Shown piece after piece: positions 19,882 through 29,695 of a stretch of 64,000 nt of DNA (within the stretch, counting starts at the first letter, position 1; each line of letters begins with the position of its first letter). Under the pieces are notes generated by a model. The model had not been told where the DNA came from, did not search any database, and was given only the letters and a program-made list of their open reading frames with translations. A program made the position numbers and the translations under genes. Origin of the DNA: a virus; the IMG/VR virus record IMGVR_UViG_3300042049_000003, positions 5,949 to 69,948 of that record. The stretch is one strand, 5' to 3'.

Positions 19882-20634
19882 ATGCCGACAACACGATCAA
19901 AAATTCCGTATATCGTTACAAACCAAGCTTCGAAAGAAGTAACTTTTGCTGAAGCAATGAATATTTTAGATGTAGTGGTCAATTGTAGTGCTATTAATAT
20001 GTCCACTACTACCCCTCCAGCAAGTCCAGTCGATGGTGATATTTATGTAGTTGCAACCGGTGCAACGGGTATTTGGCAAACGGAGGTTAATAGTATTGCG
20101 GCTTATCAATCCGGGTGGGTTTATATTAAACCATTTAAAGGATTAATTGTTTATAATGAATCTGATAATATTTCATACAGGTTTTCCACTCTCAACTATT
20201 CTGCTCTATCTTCGGGCGGTTCTAGCGGTGGTTCTAGTTTTACTCTCCCTAACTCCAACACTCAACAGATAGTAGAGACAGCAAGTTCTGCTTCTACTGG
20301 GTTAGGAATTCTAGAGGAAGAGTTGACCTTGACAGGAGCTTCTGTCACTTCAACAATAATGATTCCAAGTAGATCTATCGTAGAGGCTGTTTGTGTTAGA
20401 ACCACTCACCACGTTACTGGTGCGGCTGCATACGACTGTGGTGTCACTGGGGAGACAACAAAGTACGGTGGTAGGTTGAGTGTGTTTGCTGACAGTGTCA
20501 ATATAGGAGTCACAGGACCTACAGCTTTCTATAGTCCTACATCGATCATTCTCACCGCACAGGGAGGGTCTTTTACGGGAGGTAGAGTAAGAGTCAGTAT
20601 TCACTATAAGACATACATACCTCCGCAATCATAG
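19882..20634 (+). CDS. DUF2793-like virion/fibre-associated protein
   Basis: IPYIVTNQASKEVTFAEAMNILD...TPPASPVDGDIYVVATGATGIW; C-terminal beta domain. Confidence 0.8.
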   Translation: MPTTRSKIPYIVTNQASKEVTFAEAMNILDVVVNCSAINMSTTTPPASPVDGDIYVVATGATGIWQTEVNSIAAYQSGWVYIKPFKGLIVYNESDNISYRFSTLNYSALSSGGSSGGSSFTLPNSNTQQIVETASSASTGLGILEEELTLTGASVTSTIMIPSRSIVEAVCVRTTHHVTGAAAYDCGVTGETTKYGGRLSVFADSVNIGVTGPTAFYSPTSIILTAQGGSFTGGRVRVSIHYKTYIPPQS

Positions 20635-20669
20635 AAGGGTAAATAAATACAGATACAAAAGGAAAAAGG

Positions 20670-22220
20670 ATGTGGAATGCGAACGATATTATTAACAAGA
20701 CAAAGATAGATTTAAAAGATAACGGAATATTTAAACCTTTGTCAGGTAAAGTTCCTTTTGAATATCAGAAGGTTGCGTCAACTTTAATGTTGTTAAGACC
20801 TAGAATGGTTCTAGGAGATGATGTAGGGCTTGGTAAGACTTTAGAGATGATTCTCTCTATGAGTTATATGAAGTTTAAGAATCCAGAGACTAAGTTTCTT
20901 GTTTTCACAGAAATATCTGCTCTTCATCAATGGCAGAAGGAGTTAAGAGATCTAACCCCTTCTCTTACTTCTATTATAATCACAGCAGAGACGCATAGAG
21001 ATATTACTAATAGGGTCGCTGTTATGAGAAATCATAACAGCGATGTTGTCATTTCTACCTACTCGATGTTGTATAAGCACTGTGAAGATTTGAAGAAGGG
21101 TTTACAACCAAGATGGGTGTTTATAGCGGATGAACCAGACATATTTAAAAGCATAACATGTATAGCTCACAAAAAGGCTTTTGCCTTAGTGAACAATGAA
21201 GGCGGCCCTTGTAGGGCTTATGGGCTAACCGCTACTTTGGTAGGGAATAGGTTGTCAGAGGCGTATGGTATCTTTAGAGTTATCATGCCTTCGTTAATGC
21301 CTAATTATAGAGTTTTTGAGAATATGTTCTGTGTGAAGTACAGGAATCGGATTAGAGGTTATAAAAACTTAGATAGTTTTAAAAGTATAGTTTCAGACCA
21401 TTTTTTTGGAAGATTACAGGATGACCCAAAAGTTGAACAAGAGTTACCAGAAGTAATCACTAAAGATATACCTGTGGTCTGTTCTGTAGATCAATCATGG
21501 AAGATTGTAGAAGCTTTTGAAAGACTTATAGAAACTGTAGAAGGTTCCGTTAAGAGACTTCTCCCGCTTCCTTCTATTACATATGCTAAGTTAATGACAA
21601 ATGACCCTAGGTTAAAAGGTTTTCCAGAGCAAGGTGCAAAGGTAAAAGCTTTACAAGATCTAGTTACAGGAACCCTTAAGGGTAAGAGAGTTATCATTTT
21701 CTGTTTCTTTAAAATGATGATTTTAAATCTGAAAGAGGACTTTAAGAAAATTGGGATTGATAGCCTAAAGATAACTGGAGATGAGAATATTCTTCAGAAG
21801 AAACGTGTTGTAGAGAGATTTATGTCTGATGGGGATGACCATGTTCCCATACTGTTTATGAATAAAGCAGGTTCTAAAGCTCTTAATCTACAATCCGCAG
21901 GGCATGTAGTCTTCTTTGATCTACCTTGGGGTTATGATTTATATAGACAAGTAATAGGTCGTGTAAAGAGAACAGGATCTCTCCACTCAAAAATAGGAGT
22001 TTTTAGATTCCTAGCTGAACTTCACCCAGAGGTAGAGAAAGAGTTTAAATCTAAACGAACGATGGATCATTTTACGTTAGATATCATTCTACGAAAGTTT
22101 GAGCTTTGGAAGTCCTTAACAGGAGACAATAAGACAATGGACAGTGGAGAAGGGGATATAGAAGAGATTTTTAACGATATAATCTCTTCTTATAAGAGAG
22201 AGGTACAAAATGAGTTTTAG
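20670..22220 (+). CDS. SNF2/SF2-type helicase
   Basis: LGDDVGLGKT, IADEPD, LTATL, ALNLQSAGHVVFFDLPW and QVIGRVKRTG motifs. Confidence 0.9.
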   Translation: MWNANDIINKTKIDLKDNGIFKPLSGKVPFEYQKVASTLMLLRPRMVLGDDVGLGKTLEMILSMSYMKFKNPETKFLVFTEISALHQWQKELRDLTPSLTSIIITAETHRDITNRVAVMRNHNSDVVISTYSMLYKHCEDLKKGLQPRWVFIADEPDIFKSITCIAHKKAFALVNNEGGPCRAYGLTATLVGNRLSEAYGIFRVIMPSLMPNYRVFENMFCVKYRNRIRGYKNLDSFKSIVSDHFFGRLQDDPKVEQELPEVITKDIPVVCSVDQSWKIVEAFERLIETVEGSVKRLLPLPSITYAKLMTNDPRLKGFPEQGAKVKALQDLVTGTLKGKRVIIFCFFKMMILNLKEDFKKIGIDSLKITGDENILQKKRVVERFMSDGDDHVPILFMNKAGSKALNLQSAGHVVFFDLPWGYDLYRQVIGRVKRTGSLHSKIGVFRFLAELHPEVEKEFKSKRTMDHFTLDIILRKFELWKSLTGDNKTMDSGEGDIEEIFNDIISSYKREVQNEF

Positions 22221-22770
22221 AGAAAATTGTCCTGATAGAGAGATATGTGGGTCTACAGGACATATACATACAGAGAAAGGCTATGTTAGATGTAAGTGTC
22301 TACAGTTAGAGATGAACGAACAAAAGTTAGGAAGTATGTTCTGTGAAAATCCTGCTAAGAACTCCCCATTAATAGAATTCTTAGATAAAAATATAATCAT
22401 CTCTCACCCTTTACAAGCAGCGAGAAAAATTATTTCAGGTGCGCTTCTTACTCTACTAGATAAGAAAAAAGTCTTTAAGACTATTGATGCTTATAGACTT
22501 ATAGAGATTCATCTTGAGAAAGATTTAGAGTATAGAACGAATTACCCGATTGTTAATTGTGACTTACTGGTAATTCTCTTAGGTTTTGGGGACCCTACTA
22601 ACAAATATCTTCCTGAACTTCTTTTACAAGTTCTAAATAGAAGGGAGTTAACTAGAAAGCCTACGTGGGTGTTGCTAGGTTCGACTTTAACGTACGACAA
22701 TATATATAAAAAGTACTCTGGAGAATTGCAAGATTACCTAGATACTTTTAGGAAAGTAGGTACAAAATGA
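22210..22770 (+). CDS. DnaC/DnaI-like helicase loader, degenerate
   Basis: N-terminal Cys cluster (C-C...CKC) and CDLLVILLG...ELLLQVLNRRELTRKPTWV fold pattern. Walker A and the acidic Walker B residues are missing. Directly precedes DnaB. Confidence 0.55.
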   Translation: MSFRENCPDREICGSTGHIHTEKGYVRCKCLQLEMNEQKLGSMFCENPAKNSPLIEFLDKNIIISHPLQAARKIISGALLTLLDKKKVFKTIDAYRLIEIHLEKDLEYRTNYPIVNCDLLVILLGFGDPTNKYLPELLLQVLNRRELTRKPTWVLLGSTLTYDNIYKKYSGELQDYLDTFRKVGTK

Positions 22771-24212
22771 TAAAGGTTTTCAGATCTTTAGTTTATAAGG
22801 ACAGCGGGGAAAAAGAGAAGTCCCTAGAAAACTTTAGAAATATGGATGTAGAAAGATTATTGAATCTAACACCTCCAGAGTCTTTATTGTGGACGACTTT
22901 ATCAGATTTTTGTTTTAATTCTGGAGAGACTCCAAGTCTTCAACATTTACAAGATGTGTTTGAAGGCTTGAATAACGTTCAAGTAGGGTTGATTCTTGAT
23001 GAGATGGAAGAACAACCTTTTTATGAAGGGGCTAGCTTTCTAGCTTGTTTCGAGTTTGAAGTAGAAGCACAGTCTTTAACCTCTTTCCAAGCGATTGTAA
23101 GAACCTCTGTAGACATTGCTAATCGTCCTAAGGATTCAAAGCAAGGGGGAGGTGTTTCACAAGCTGTCAGCTATCTATTCACAGAGGCAAAACCTACACC
23201 TATGATTAGTACAGGTCGTCTTTCTCATATAATGACAGAGAATAAAGATGACTTGAGTAAGCTTTATTGGTCGAGAAAGAACAGCCCTACAAGAGGGTAT
23301 GGTATATCAACTGGACTTTCTTTATTTGATGAGTCAACAGGAGGGTTGAGAAAGAAGCAACTTCATTTACTAGCAGGTTTTGGTGGTCATTTAAAATCTA
23401 CTTTAATGTTTAATATGATTGTTAATAGTTGTGTAGATGGTTGGAACCCTATCTTGTTTACTTCAGAGATGCCTGCTGAGGATGTCCAGCAAACACTTAT
23501 ATGTATCCATAGTACAAACCCAAAGTTCAAAGGAGTATGTAACCCTGTACCCTCTAACAAGCTGTTATTAGGAGATATGACACAAAAACAGGAAGAAGAC
23601 TACGAGATAGTAAAGGAAGATTTTCTTACAAATAAAGAGCATGGTAAAATCCGGGTTATTGACAGTGCTGATTTCTCAACTTTTGGTTCTATTAAACAAA
23701 GGGTTATGAGAGAACACAGTGAAAATGAAATTGATATTCTTTGGATTGATTACCTAACGAGACTCCCTGTAGATCTTAGTTATAAAAGTATGGATATGAC
23801 ATCCGCTAGGAATGAAATCATTGCAGATGCTAAAAGGTTTGCCATGTCTTTTAATGGTGGGGAAGGGTTACCTGTTTGCACACCTTTTCAGGTCAATCGA
23901 GAAGGGTTCAAGAAAGCTAAAGTTACAGAAGGGAAGATGGATTCAACGGCATTAGCTCAGTACAATGCAGCAGAGAAAGAAGCTGATGCTATTTTTTATG
24001 TGTTTTATGGTGAGGAGGAGATGAAGACCAAAGAGCCAAAGATAGGTATTATGAAATCTAGGTATGGTTTTCTACCTCCAGACCCTCTTAGTGTGTATGT
24101 AGACCCTGATAGTCGGAGAGTCTTTGATTTAGCAACAGGACTAAGTTCTAGTTCAAACTCGTTTGATTTCAACAATTCTCCAAATACACTAGATGAGGAG
24201 ACAGTTATATGA
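22767..24212 (+). CDS. dnaB: Replicative DnaB-like helicase
   Basis: GISTGLSLFD..TGGL, LAGFGGHLKST, LWIDYL, PFQVNREG, AAEKEADAIF and IMKSRYG motifs. Confidence 0.85.
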   Translation: MIKVFRSLVYKDSGEKEKSLENFRNMDVERLLNLTPPESLLWTTLSDFCFNSGETPSLQHLQDVFEGLNNVQVGLILDEMEEQPFYEGASFLACFEFEVEAQSLTSFQAIVRTSVDIANRPKDSKQGGGVSQAVSYLFTEAKPTPMISTGRLSHIMTENKDDLSKLYWSRKNSPTRGYGISTGLSLFDESTGGLRKKQLHLLAGFGGHLKSTLMFNMIVNSCVDGWNPILFTSEMPAEDVQQTLICIHSTNPKFKGVCNPVPSNKLLLGDMTQKQEEDYEIVKEDFLTNKEHGKIRVIDSADFSTFGSIKQRVMREHSENEIDILWIDYLTRLPVDLSYKSMDMTSARNEIIADAKRFAMSFNGGEGLPVCTPFQVNREGFKKAKVTEGKMDSTALAQYNAAEKEADAIFYVFYGEEEMKTKEPKIGIMKSRYGFLPPDPLSVYVDPDSRRVFDLATGLSSSSNSFDFNNSPNTLDEETVI

Positions 24213-24736
24213 GTCAACTGCAAGAAATTGATGTTGCTAAGTTTCTGTATTTGGCAGGAATAAAGTTTTCAGAGAAAGAAGGAAGGATGTCAATCTTGTG
24301 TCCTTTTCATGATGATACAAGACCTTCAGCAAGTGTGTATAAAGATACTCAGAGATTTCACTGTTTTAAGTGTGATTTACATCTAGACCTAATTTCTTTC
24401 TACGCAAAGCTACATAAGGTTAGTAGAGATCAAGCCTGTAAAATTCTTAGTAGATTAGAAGACCCAGAAACACAGGAAAAGAACAGGATAGAGGAAAAGG
24501 AGAACAAGTTATCGAAAAAGATTGAGGAAAGGTTGGTAAATAAGTTAAAACCTTATAAGAAGTGTTTAGGAATGGTGTTATATGCAAAAATGTTAGAAAG
24601 TATAGACGCTTCTATGTGGTGCTACTCGAAAAAAGAGTTACCATTTGAAGACATTAAAAATTTCGAAAAGAAATGGGAAGATAAATTACAGGAGATACTC
24701 GATGGACGTAAATTACAAGTTAGCGAAAAGTGTTAA
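24209..24736 (+). CDS. Stand-alone primase zinc-binding (CHC2) domain protein
   Basis: CPFHDDTRPSASVY...FHCFKC; no TOPRIM domain in this ORF. Confidence 0.85.
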   Translation: MSQLQEIDVAKFLYLAGIKFSEKEGRMSILCPFHDDTRPSASVYKDTQRFHCFKCDLHLDLISFYAKLHKVSRDQACKILSRLEDPETQEKNRIEEKENKLSKKIEERLVNKLKPYKKCLGMVLYAKMLESIDASMWCYSKKELPFEDIKNFEKKWEDKLQEILDGRKLQVSEKC

Positions 24737-26948
24737 AGACATAGAAGATTACATAGAGGAGTTTCCTCAGGAACATCCTTATTTTGGTTTAGATACAGAG
24801 ACTACAGGGTTAGATACCAATATCGCAGGATTAGTTGGGATATCTATTAGTACTAAAGAGGGTACAGGGTTATATATCCCTATCGGTCACACAGATACAG
24901 TTAATCTTCCAGTACATGAGTGTTGGAATATCATTAGCAAATTAAAGAACCCTGTCTTTTTCAATGCTAAGTTTGATTTAAATGTTTTAGAAACTGCTTT
25001 AGGTTTTCTTTTAGAAGGTACGTTCGAGGATGTACTAGAGATAGCATACATAGACGACTCTAACCAGAAACAAAAAGGTTTAAAATATCTTTCTCTAGTT
25101 AAATTAGGGTTTGAGATGGATGAACTCGATTCTTTATTCACCGAGCAAGAGATAAAAGCTAATTTAAAGAATATATCTACAAAAACAGGGGAAGCATGTG
25201 TTAATTATGCATGTGCGGATGCAGACGCTACACTTAGGTTACGAAACTACTACCAGCCTGTTTATGAAGAATATAAATCTGTTATAGAGTTAGACTATAG
25301 AGTTACAAACGTAGTAAGAAGGATGGAGTCTGTAGGAGGCTTGGAGATTGATGAAGATTTTGTAACTAAGACATATGACACATTAATTAGAATTAAAACT
25401 GAGCTACAGGATAATGTCTTCAGGATATCTGGAAGGTCTTTCAATATCGGGTCACCTCAACAGCTTGCAACGATATTGTTTGAAGAGTTGAAAATCCCTA
25501 GTCAAGGAAAAACTAAGACAGGTAAGTATAAGACAGGTGAGGAAGTATTGAAGGAATTGTCAGGGACATACCCTATTGTCGAATATGTCTTATCGTATAG
25601 AAAAGTGGCAAGGTCAATTTCTTCTGATTTTGAAAAATTTAGGTTCTTAATAAAGACTGAAAAGCCTGTGAGATTTGCGTTTAACACTGTTTCAGTTCCT
25701 ACGTTTAGATTTTCAGCCCCTGGAGGAGACCCTAATGAAGACGGGTTTTCAGGATTACCTATTCAAGCCATGTCTAAAGGAGAGGAGAGAAGTTTTCCTG
25801 CTGTAGACTTATCAAGGAAGGTGGATAAAGAAACCGAAAAGGCTTACTTAGAAGATTCAGAATTAGAGGAAGACTGGGATATAGACTGGGATGAATTATC
25901 AGAAACCTGTTCTTCTGGCGAAATCTCACTGGAAAATGGAAAATCACTTAATAGAGGCGAGTTATCAGAAACAAACCCCTTCAGTGAAATTTCACCAGAA
26001 AAGGTAGAACCTCTTAATATGGAAGAGATTATTAAGTTACCTCATGTTGTGCCTTATAAGAACGGTCGTTTTGTTTGTATAAGAAATGTGTGCTCAGGTT
26101 GTCCAGCGATGTGCAAAGATTTAGGGATAGACACTACACGAAGAATCTTAGAAGGGTTACCTATTATCCCTTCGTGCCGTAAAGCTTTTAAAGCACCTAA
26201 AGGGTATAAGATTGTCTCTTTAGATTACAAGTCTCAAGAACTAGTTATTCTGACAAACTTCTGTAAAGATCCTTTATACGTAGAAGCTTTTAACCAAGGA
26301 GATGACGTTCATTTAAATGCCGCAGCCTACGCTTTTTCACTAGAAAAAGAAGATCTTGCTAAGATGAAGGTCGAGGATCCTGAGAAGTACAGTAGGGTAA
26401 GGAGTGCTGGGAAGACTTTGAACTTTTCTATTCTTTATGGTGCCAGCTCTGCAAAAATATCAGAGAACTTAGGTGTAAATTTAAAGAGAGCAGAAGAAAT
26501 AATAACAAAATTTAATTCTAGCTTTTCTACTTTGTCAGACTGGTTAGGGAGATGTAAAAGTTTTACAAGAACCAACGGGTATACAACTACTTACTTCGGT
26601 AGAAAGCGCTGGCTTCAACAGGAGTATGGTGATCCTAGTTTCCTAGATAGATCATCTGTTAACACTAAGATTCAAGGAACAGCAGCTGAGGTAACAAGAA
26701 TAGCGCTGGTAAAGGTAGATAAAAAACTTAAAGAAAATGATATCTTCTCGAATGAATGTCGTTTAGTTATGCAGATTCACGATGAACTCTCTTATATAAT
26801 AAGGGAAGAATCCATAGATAAGGTGATCCCTATGATCAAAGAGGCTATGGAGTTCAAAGTTAAGGGGTGGGTTGTGCAACTAACTGTTGATTGTAAGATA
26901 GGGGATTCGTGGGGTCTTCAAGAAGATTACACCTTCTCAGATATGTAA
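24702..26948 (+). CDS. polA: Family A DNA polymerase with 3'-5' exonuclease
   Basis: Exo I GLDTETTG, FFNAKFD, motif A SLDYKSQEL, motif B RSAGKTLNFSILYG (Phe at the 762-equivalent) and motif C QIHDEL. Start ATG 24702 after GGAG. ~130-aa insertion. Confidence 0.93.
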   Translation: MDVNYKLAKSVKDIEDYIEEFPQEHPYFGLDTETTGLDTNIAGLVGISISTKEGTGLYIPIGHTDTVNLPVHECWNIISKLKNPVFFNAKFDLNVLETALGFLLEGTFEDVLEIAYIDDSNQKQKGLKYLSLVKLGFEMDELDSLFTEQEIKANLKNISTKTGEACVNYACADADATLRLRNYYQPVYEEYKSVIELDYRVTNVVRRMESVGGLEIDEDFVTKTYDTLIRIKTELQDNVFRISGRSFNIGSPQQLATILFEELKIPSQGKTKTGKYKTGEEVLKELSGTYPIVEYVLSYRKVARSISSDFEKFRFLIKTEKPVRFAFNTVSVPTFRFSAPGGDPNEDGFSGLPIQAMSKGEERSFPAVDLSRKVDKETEKAYLEDSELEEDWDIDWDELSETCSSGEISLENGKSLNRGELSETNPFSEISPEKVEPLNMEEIIKLPHVVPYKNGRFVCIRNVCSGCPAMCKDLGIDTTRRILEGLPIIPSCRKAFKAPKGYKIVSLDYKSQELVILTNFCKDPLYVEAFNQGDDVHLNAAAYAFSLEKEDLAKMKVEDPEKYSRVRSAGKTLNFSILYGASSAKISENLGVNLKRAEEIITKFNSSFSTLSDWLGRCKSFTRTNGYTTTYFGRKRWLQQEYGDPSFLDRSSVNTKIQGTAAEVTRIALVKVDKKLKENDIFSNECRLVMQIHDELSYIIREESIDKVIPMIKEAMEFKVKGWVVQLTVDCKIGDSWGLQEDYTFSDM

Positions 26949-26957
26949 GGTGTACTA

Positions 26958-27689
26958 ATGAAGATAAACAGTTTTTTCAGACTCGTTGTAGAGAGTAGTC
27001 AATCACACCTAACAGTCGTATGTCCAGAATCTTTAGGGGTAAACTCGTCTTTAAGAAAGGTTTTAAACAGGATCAGCAATCATCACGATCAGATCTTTGT
27101 AAATGCACAAGGGTTAACAGTGAGTGAGGCTAAAGACCTTATAAACCAAACTTCATTTTCCCCTAAAGGGTGTTCAGATAGAACACACGTATTTGTGTTT
27201 AACACTGAGAGGATATCTAGACTTATAGTCTCTATCCTACTAAAGAGTGTAGAAGAGTCTAAATGCTGTAGGTGGATCTTTCAAACAAGTTATCTGAGAG
27301 AAGATGTTCTACCTGTGTTTAGCAGAACGAAAGTATGTCACATCCCTTTTCTTTCTAGAAAAGTTGTGTTGGCTAACCTTCAGAAGTCTGGTAAGGATGC
27401 TAGCAGTGTGGATGAGTTAAACCTATATGATGGGACTATAGATGGTACTATCGAAGGTTTGGTGAACAGTTCTAAGATATCCACGTTAAAAGACCTTCTA
27501 AGAGAACGGTCATCTTATGCAGTGTCTGATTTATTATCAGACAAGGTGTTGTTTGATAAGGAGATACTTCTAAAGTTCGTTAAAGAAGGTTTAACGAGGG
27601 AGGAGGAGGTTTTTCTAGATAGAGATAAAAACTCCATAAGCAGACTTAGGCTCTTAATGTTCTCTCTATTAAAAGCAGGGAGGATATAA
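26958..27689 (+). CDS. Clamp loader delta-prime-like subunit (degenerate AAA+)
   Basis: HVFVFNTERIS...ILLKSVEES..RWIFQT...VLPVFSR parallels the HolB pattern. Confidence 0.6.
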   Translation: MKINSFFRLVVESSQSHLTVVCPESLGVNSSLRKVLNRISNHHDQIFVNAQGLTVSEAKDLINQTSFSPKGCSDRTHVFVFNTERISRLIVSILLKSVEESKCCRWIFQTSYLREDVLPVFSRTKVCHIPFLSRKVVLANLQKSGKDASSVDELNLYDGTIDGTIEGLVNSSKISTLKDLLRERSSYAVSDLLSDKVLFDKEILLKFVKEGLTREEEVFLDRDKNSISRLRLLMFSLLKAGRI

Positions 27690-28613
27690 ATGAAGTCAAG
27701 TAGATTGGATCAAGAGACTTTGTTAGATAGAAGTTCAATCGTTCTGAAAAGCAGTCTTAAAAATTTAGGTTCTGTAACTTTGGCTAAAGCTACACCGAAT
27801 TTTAAACATCAGTTCTATCTTCTAGGAAGAGTCATATCTTTTAAGCTAGGTATGAAGCCAATAGTGTTTGACCGTTCTGTAGACACTCCTGAATATGTAG
27901 GGAGTGTTCTTCAGGACTATGACATCTTTAATCCAAGGGGTGTAAGGTTCTTTATCTTAGAAGGGTTCTGTACCAAGTGGATTGGAAAGTTAACTCTTCA
28001 AGAGAATACATTTATCCTAGCGAGTTCGAGTAATGAAGGTTTACCTTCTGCTTTCTTTAATAAGAAAGGGTTAAGATCATTCTTAAAAATCTTGTGGGGT
28101 ATCACAAAGATTAATGAGGGTCACATTACTTTGAAAGAGTTACAGTCTTTAGACTTATCAAGTTTCACTTCATATTGTGAGATTGAGATTCTGACTAATA
28201 TCTTATCTGTCACACAACCTTCTCTAAGAGACATAGAGTCGAAGATGGATAAAGTAAACCGGGTAAACCTACTTACTTTATTAAAAAAAGCTCCAGTAGA
28301 AGAGGTTATTAAAACTCTAAGAAGAGTAGGTCATCTTTCTTGTATGACTATGTTAATTAACACAGTCAGCGACTTTGTTCTCTACAGATTACTTTTATCT
28401 TCTGAGGGAAGTCATGAGGTTGCTTTACAAAGGCTGGATATAAGTATGTACAGCCCTCGTTCCAAAGAGTTTATGGAATTGACCAGTCTTTACTCTATAC
28501 AGGATCTAGGTTTAGTTATAGATAGACTAGTGAAGTTCGATAAGTATATCTATACGTTACATGATGTAGCTATAGAGTTGTTTTTTCTAAACATAACATT
28601 AAGGAGAAGATAA
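27690..28613 (+). CDS. Possible clamp loader delta-like subunit
   Basis: 307 aa, adjacent to the delta-prime-like gene; helical C-terminus; weak motif evidence. Confidence 0.4.
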   Translation: MKSSRLDQETLLDRSSIVLKSSLKNLGSVTLAKATPNFKHQFYLLGRVISFKLGMKPIVFDRSVDTPEYVGSVLQDYDIFNPRGVRFFILEGFCTKWIGKLTLQENTFILASSSNEGLPSAFFNKKGLRSFLKILWGITKINEGHITLKELQSLDLSSFTSYCEIEILTNILSVTQPSLRDIESKMDKVNRVNLLTLLKKAPVEEVIKTLRRVGHLSCMTMLINTVSDFVLYRLLLSSEGSHEVALQRLDISMYSPRSKEFMELTSLYSIQDLGLVIDRLVKFDKYIYTLHDVAIELFFLNITLRRR

Positions 28614-29150
28614 ATGACAGATTCACAGGAAGGATTTTCAATAGAAAAAGCGGTAGCGGTCAGATCTAAATTGAGGGAGTTATTTTCCGAAGTAGGATGT
28701 ATGGAAATAGATTTATCAGATGATACATCTTTTTATACTGCAGATTATATTAGGGAGAAGCTTGCGAGAGTTAGTTCGTTATGTGAGAGGATAGCCGATA
28801 TTCAGTGTGAGATAATTCCTTTAAAGCTTCTTTCTAGAGCAGCCTTTGAAACATTAAAAGTCGATCTTACTTATGAAAAGGCTAAGTTCAAGGCTTCAGA
28901 AGAGTACGAGATTATAAGTAGAGATAAAAGGGAATTTTGGTTAGTTGGAAAGGTAAGCACTATTTCAAAACTATATAACGAGTGGTATGACACTGTGAGT
29001 GAAGCAAAGATAGTTATTGATGCTATCAAAGAAAAAGGCTCAGCTTACAAACGTATAGATTCTGATTTAAGGTTGCATGCAAAGATTCTTTCTTCTACAG
29101 TCATAAGCTCACCTTCGGGAACAACTGAGAATCTAACATTTGATATATAA
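28614..29150 (+). CDS. Hypothetical coiled-coil protein (possibly UvsY-like mediator)
   Basis: 178-aa helical ORF in the replication cluster; the function guess rests on size and context only. Confidence 0.35.
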   Translation: MTDSQEGFSIEKAVAVRSKLRELFSEVGCMEIDLSDDTSFYTADYIREKLARVSSLCERIADIQCEIIPLKLLSRAAFETLKVDLTYEKAKFKASEEYEIISRDKREFWLVGKVSTISKLYNEWYDTVSEAKIVIDAIKEKGSAYKRIDSDLRLHAKILSSTVISSPSGTTENLTFDI

Positions 29151-29163
29151 TAAGAGAGGACTT

Positions 29164-29604
29164 ATGAGGCAGCGGAAAAAACAAGATCCTATAAGAACAA
29201 CAGAAGAGACATCTGGAATGGACTTTGTGTACTTTACAATGTCAGATGCTGTAGATAAGATGGGTAGACCTAGGAAGAAGGGAAGTAGAAGGAAGCTTTC
29301 TGTTAAGAATTCAAAAGCGTTATTCCACATAGCTATGAGAGCAGTTCTGGAAGTACTCTATAAAGAAGGTTCCGTCAGATTAGGGGATGGGTTTGGCACT
29401 TTAAAAATTGTAATTCTACCACCTTCTCTCTACAAACTACCCTCAGGACATATTATAGAGAAGGGTTCAAGAAAGAAGGTAAAATTTAGTGAAGGGATTG
29501 TTGTAAAAGCTGCTATGAAAGAGGACATATCGTTTGAGGAAATATATGAAAAAAGAGAAAGGAAAAGTAATTATAGAGGAAGATACAAGGATTTTATTCA
29601 ATAA
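29164..29604 (+). CDS. HU/IHF-like DNA-binding protein with basic N-terminal extension
   Basis: AVLEVLYKEGSVRLGDGFGTLKIV...PSGHIIEKGSRKKVKFSEG. Confidence 0.75.
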   Translation: MRQRKKQDPIRTTEETSGMDFVYFTMSDAVDKMGRPRKKGSRRKLSVKNSKALFHIAMRAVLEVLYKEGSVRLGDGFGTLKIVILPPSLYKLPSGHIIEKGSRKKVKFSEGIVVKAAMKEDISFEEIYEKRERKSNYRGRYKDFIQ

Positions 29605-29635
29605 ATACAAAAATCTTGTTTTTATTGAAAGTATA

Positions 29636-29665
29636 ATATAATATAGTAAGGTTACTATATTATAT
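29636..29665. promoter_or_regulatory. Perfect 14-2-14 inverted repeat in AT-rich intergenic region
   Basis: ATATAATATAGTAA-GG-TTACTATATTATAT, overlapping TATAAT hexamers upstream of the SSB-like gene. Confidence 0.7.
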
Positions 29666-29695
29666 AAACATAGTTACTTAAAAAGGAAATGTAAA

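Noticed and set aside
25779-26163. Intein or intron in PolA
   Set aside because: No Cys/Ser start with His-Asn end and no LAGLIDADG or HNH motif; the frame is continuous.
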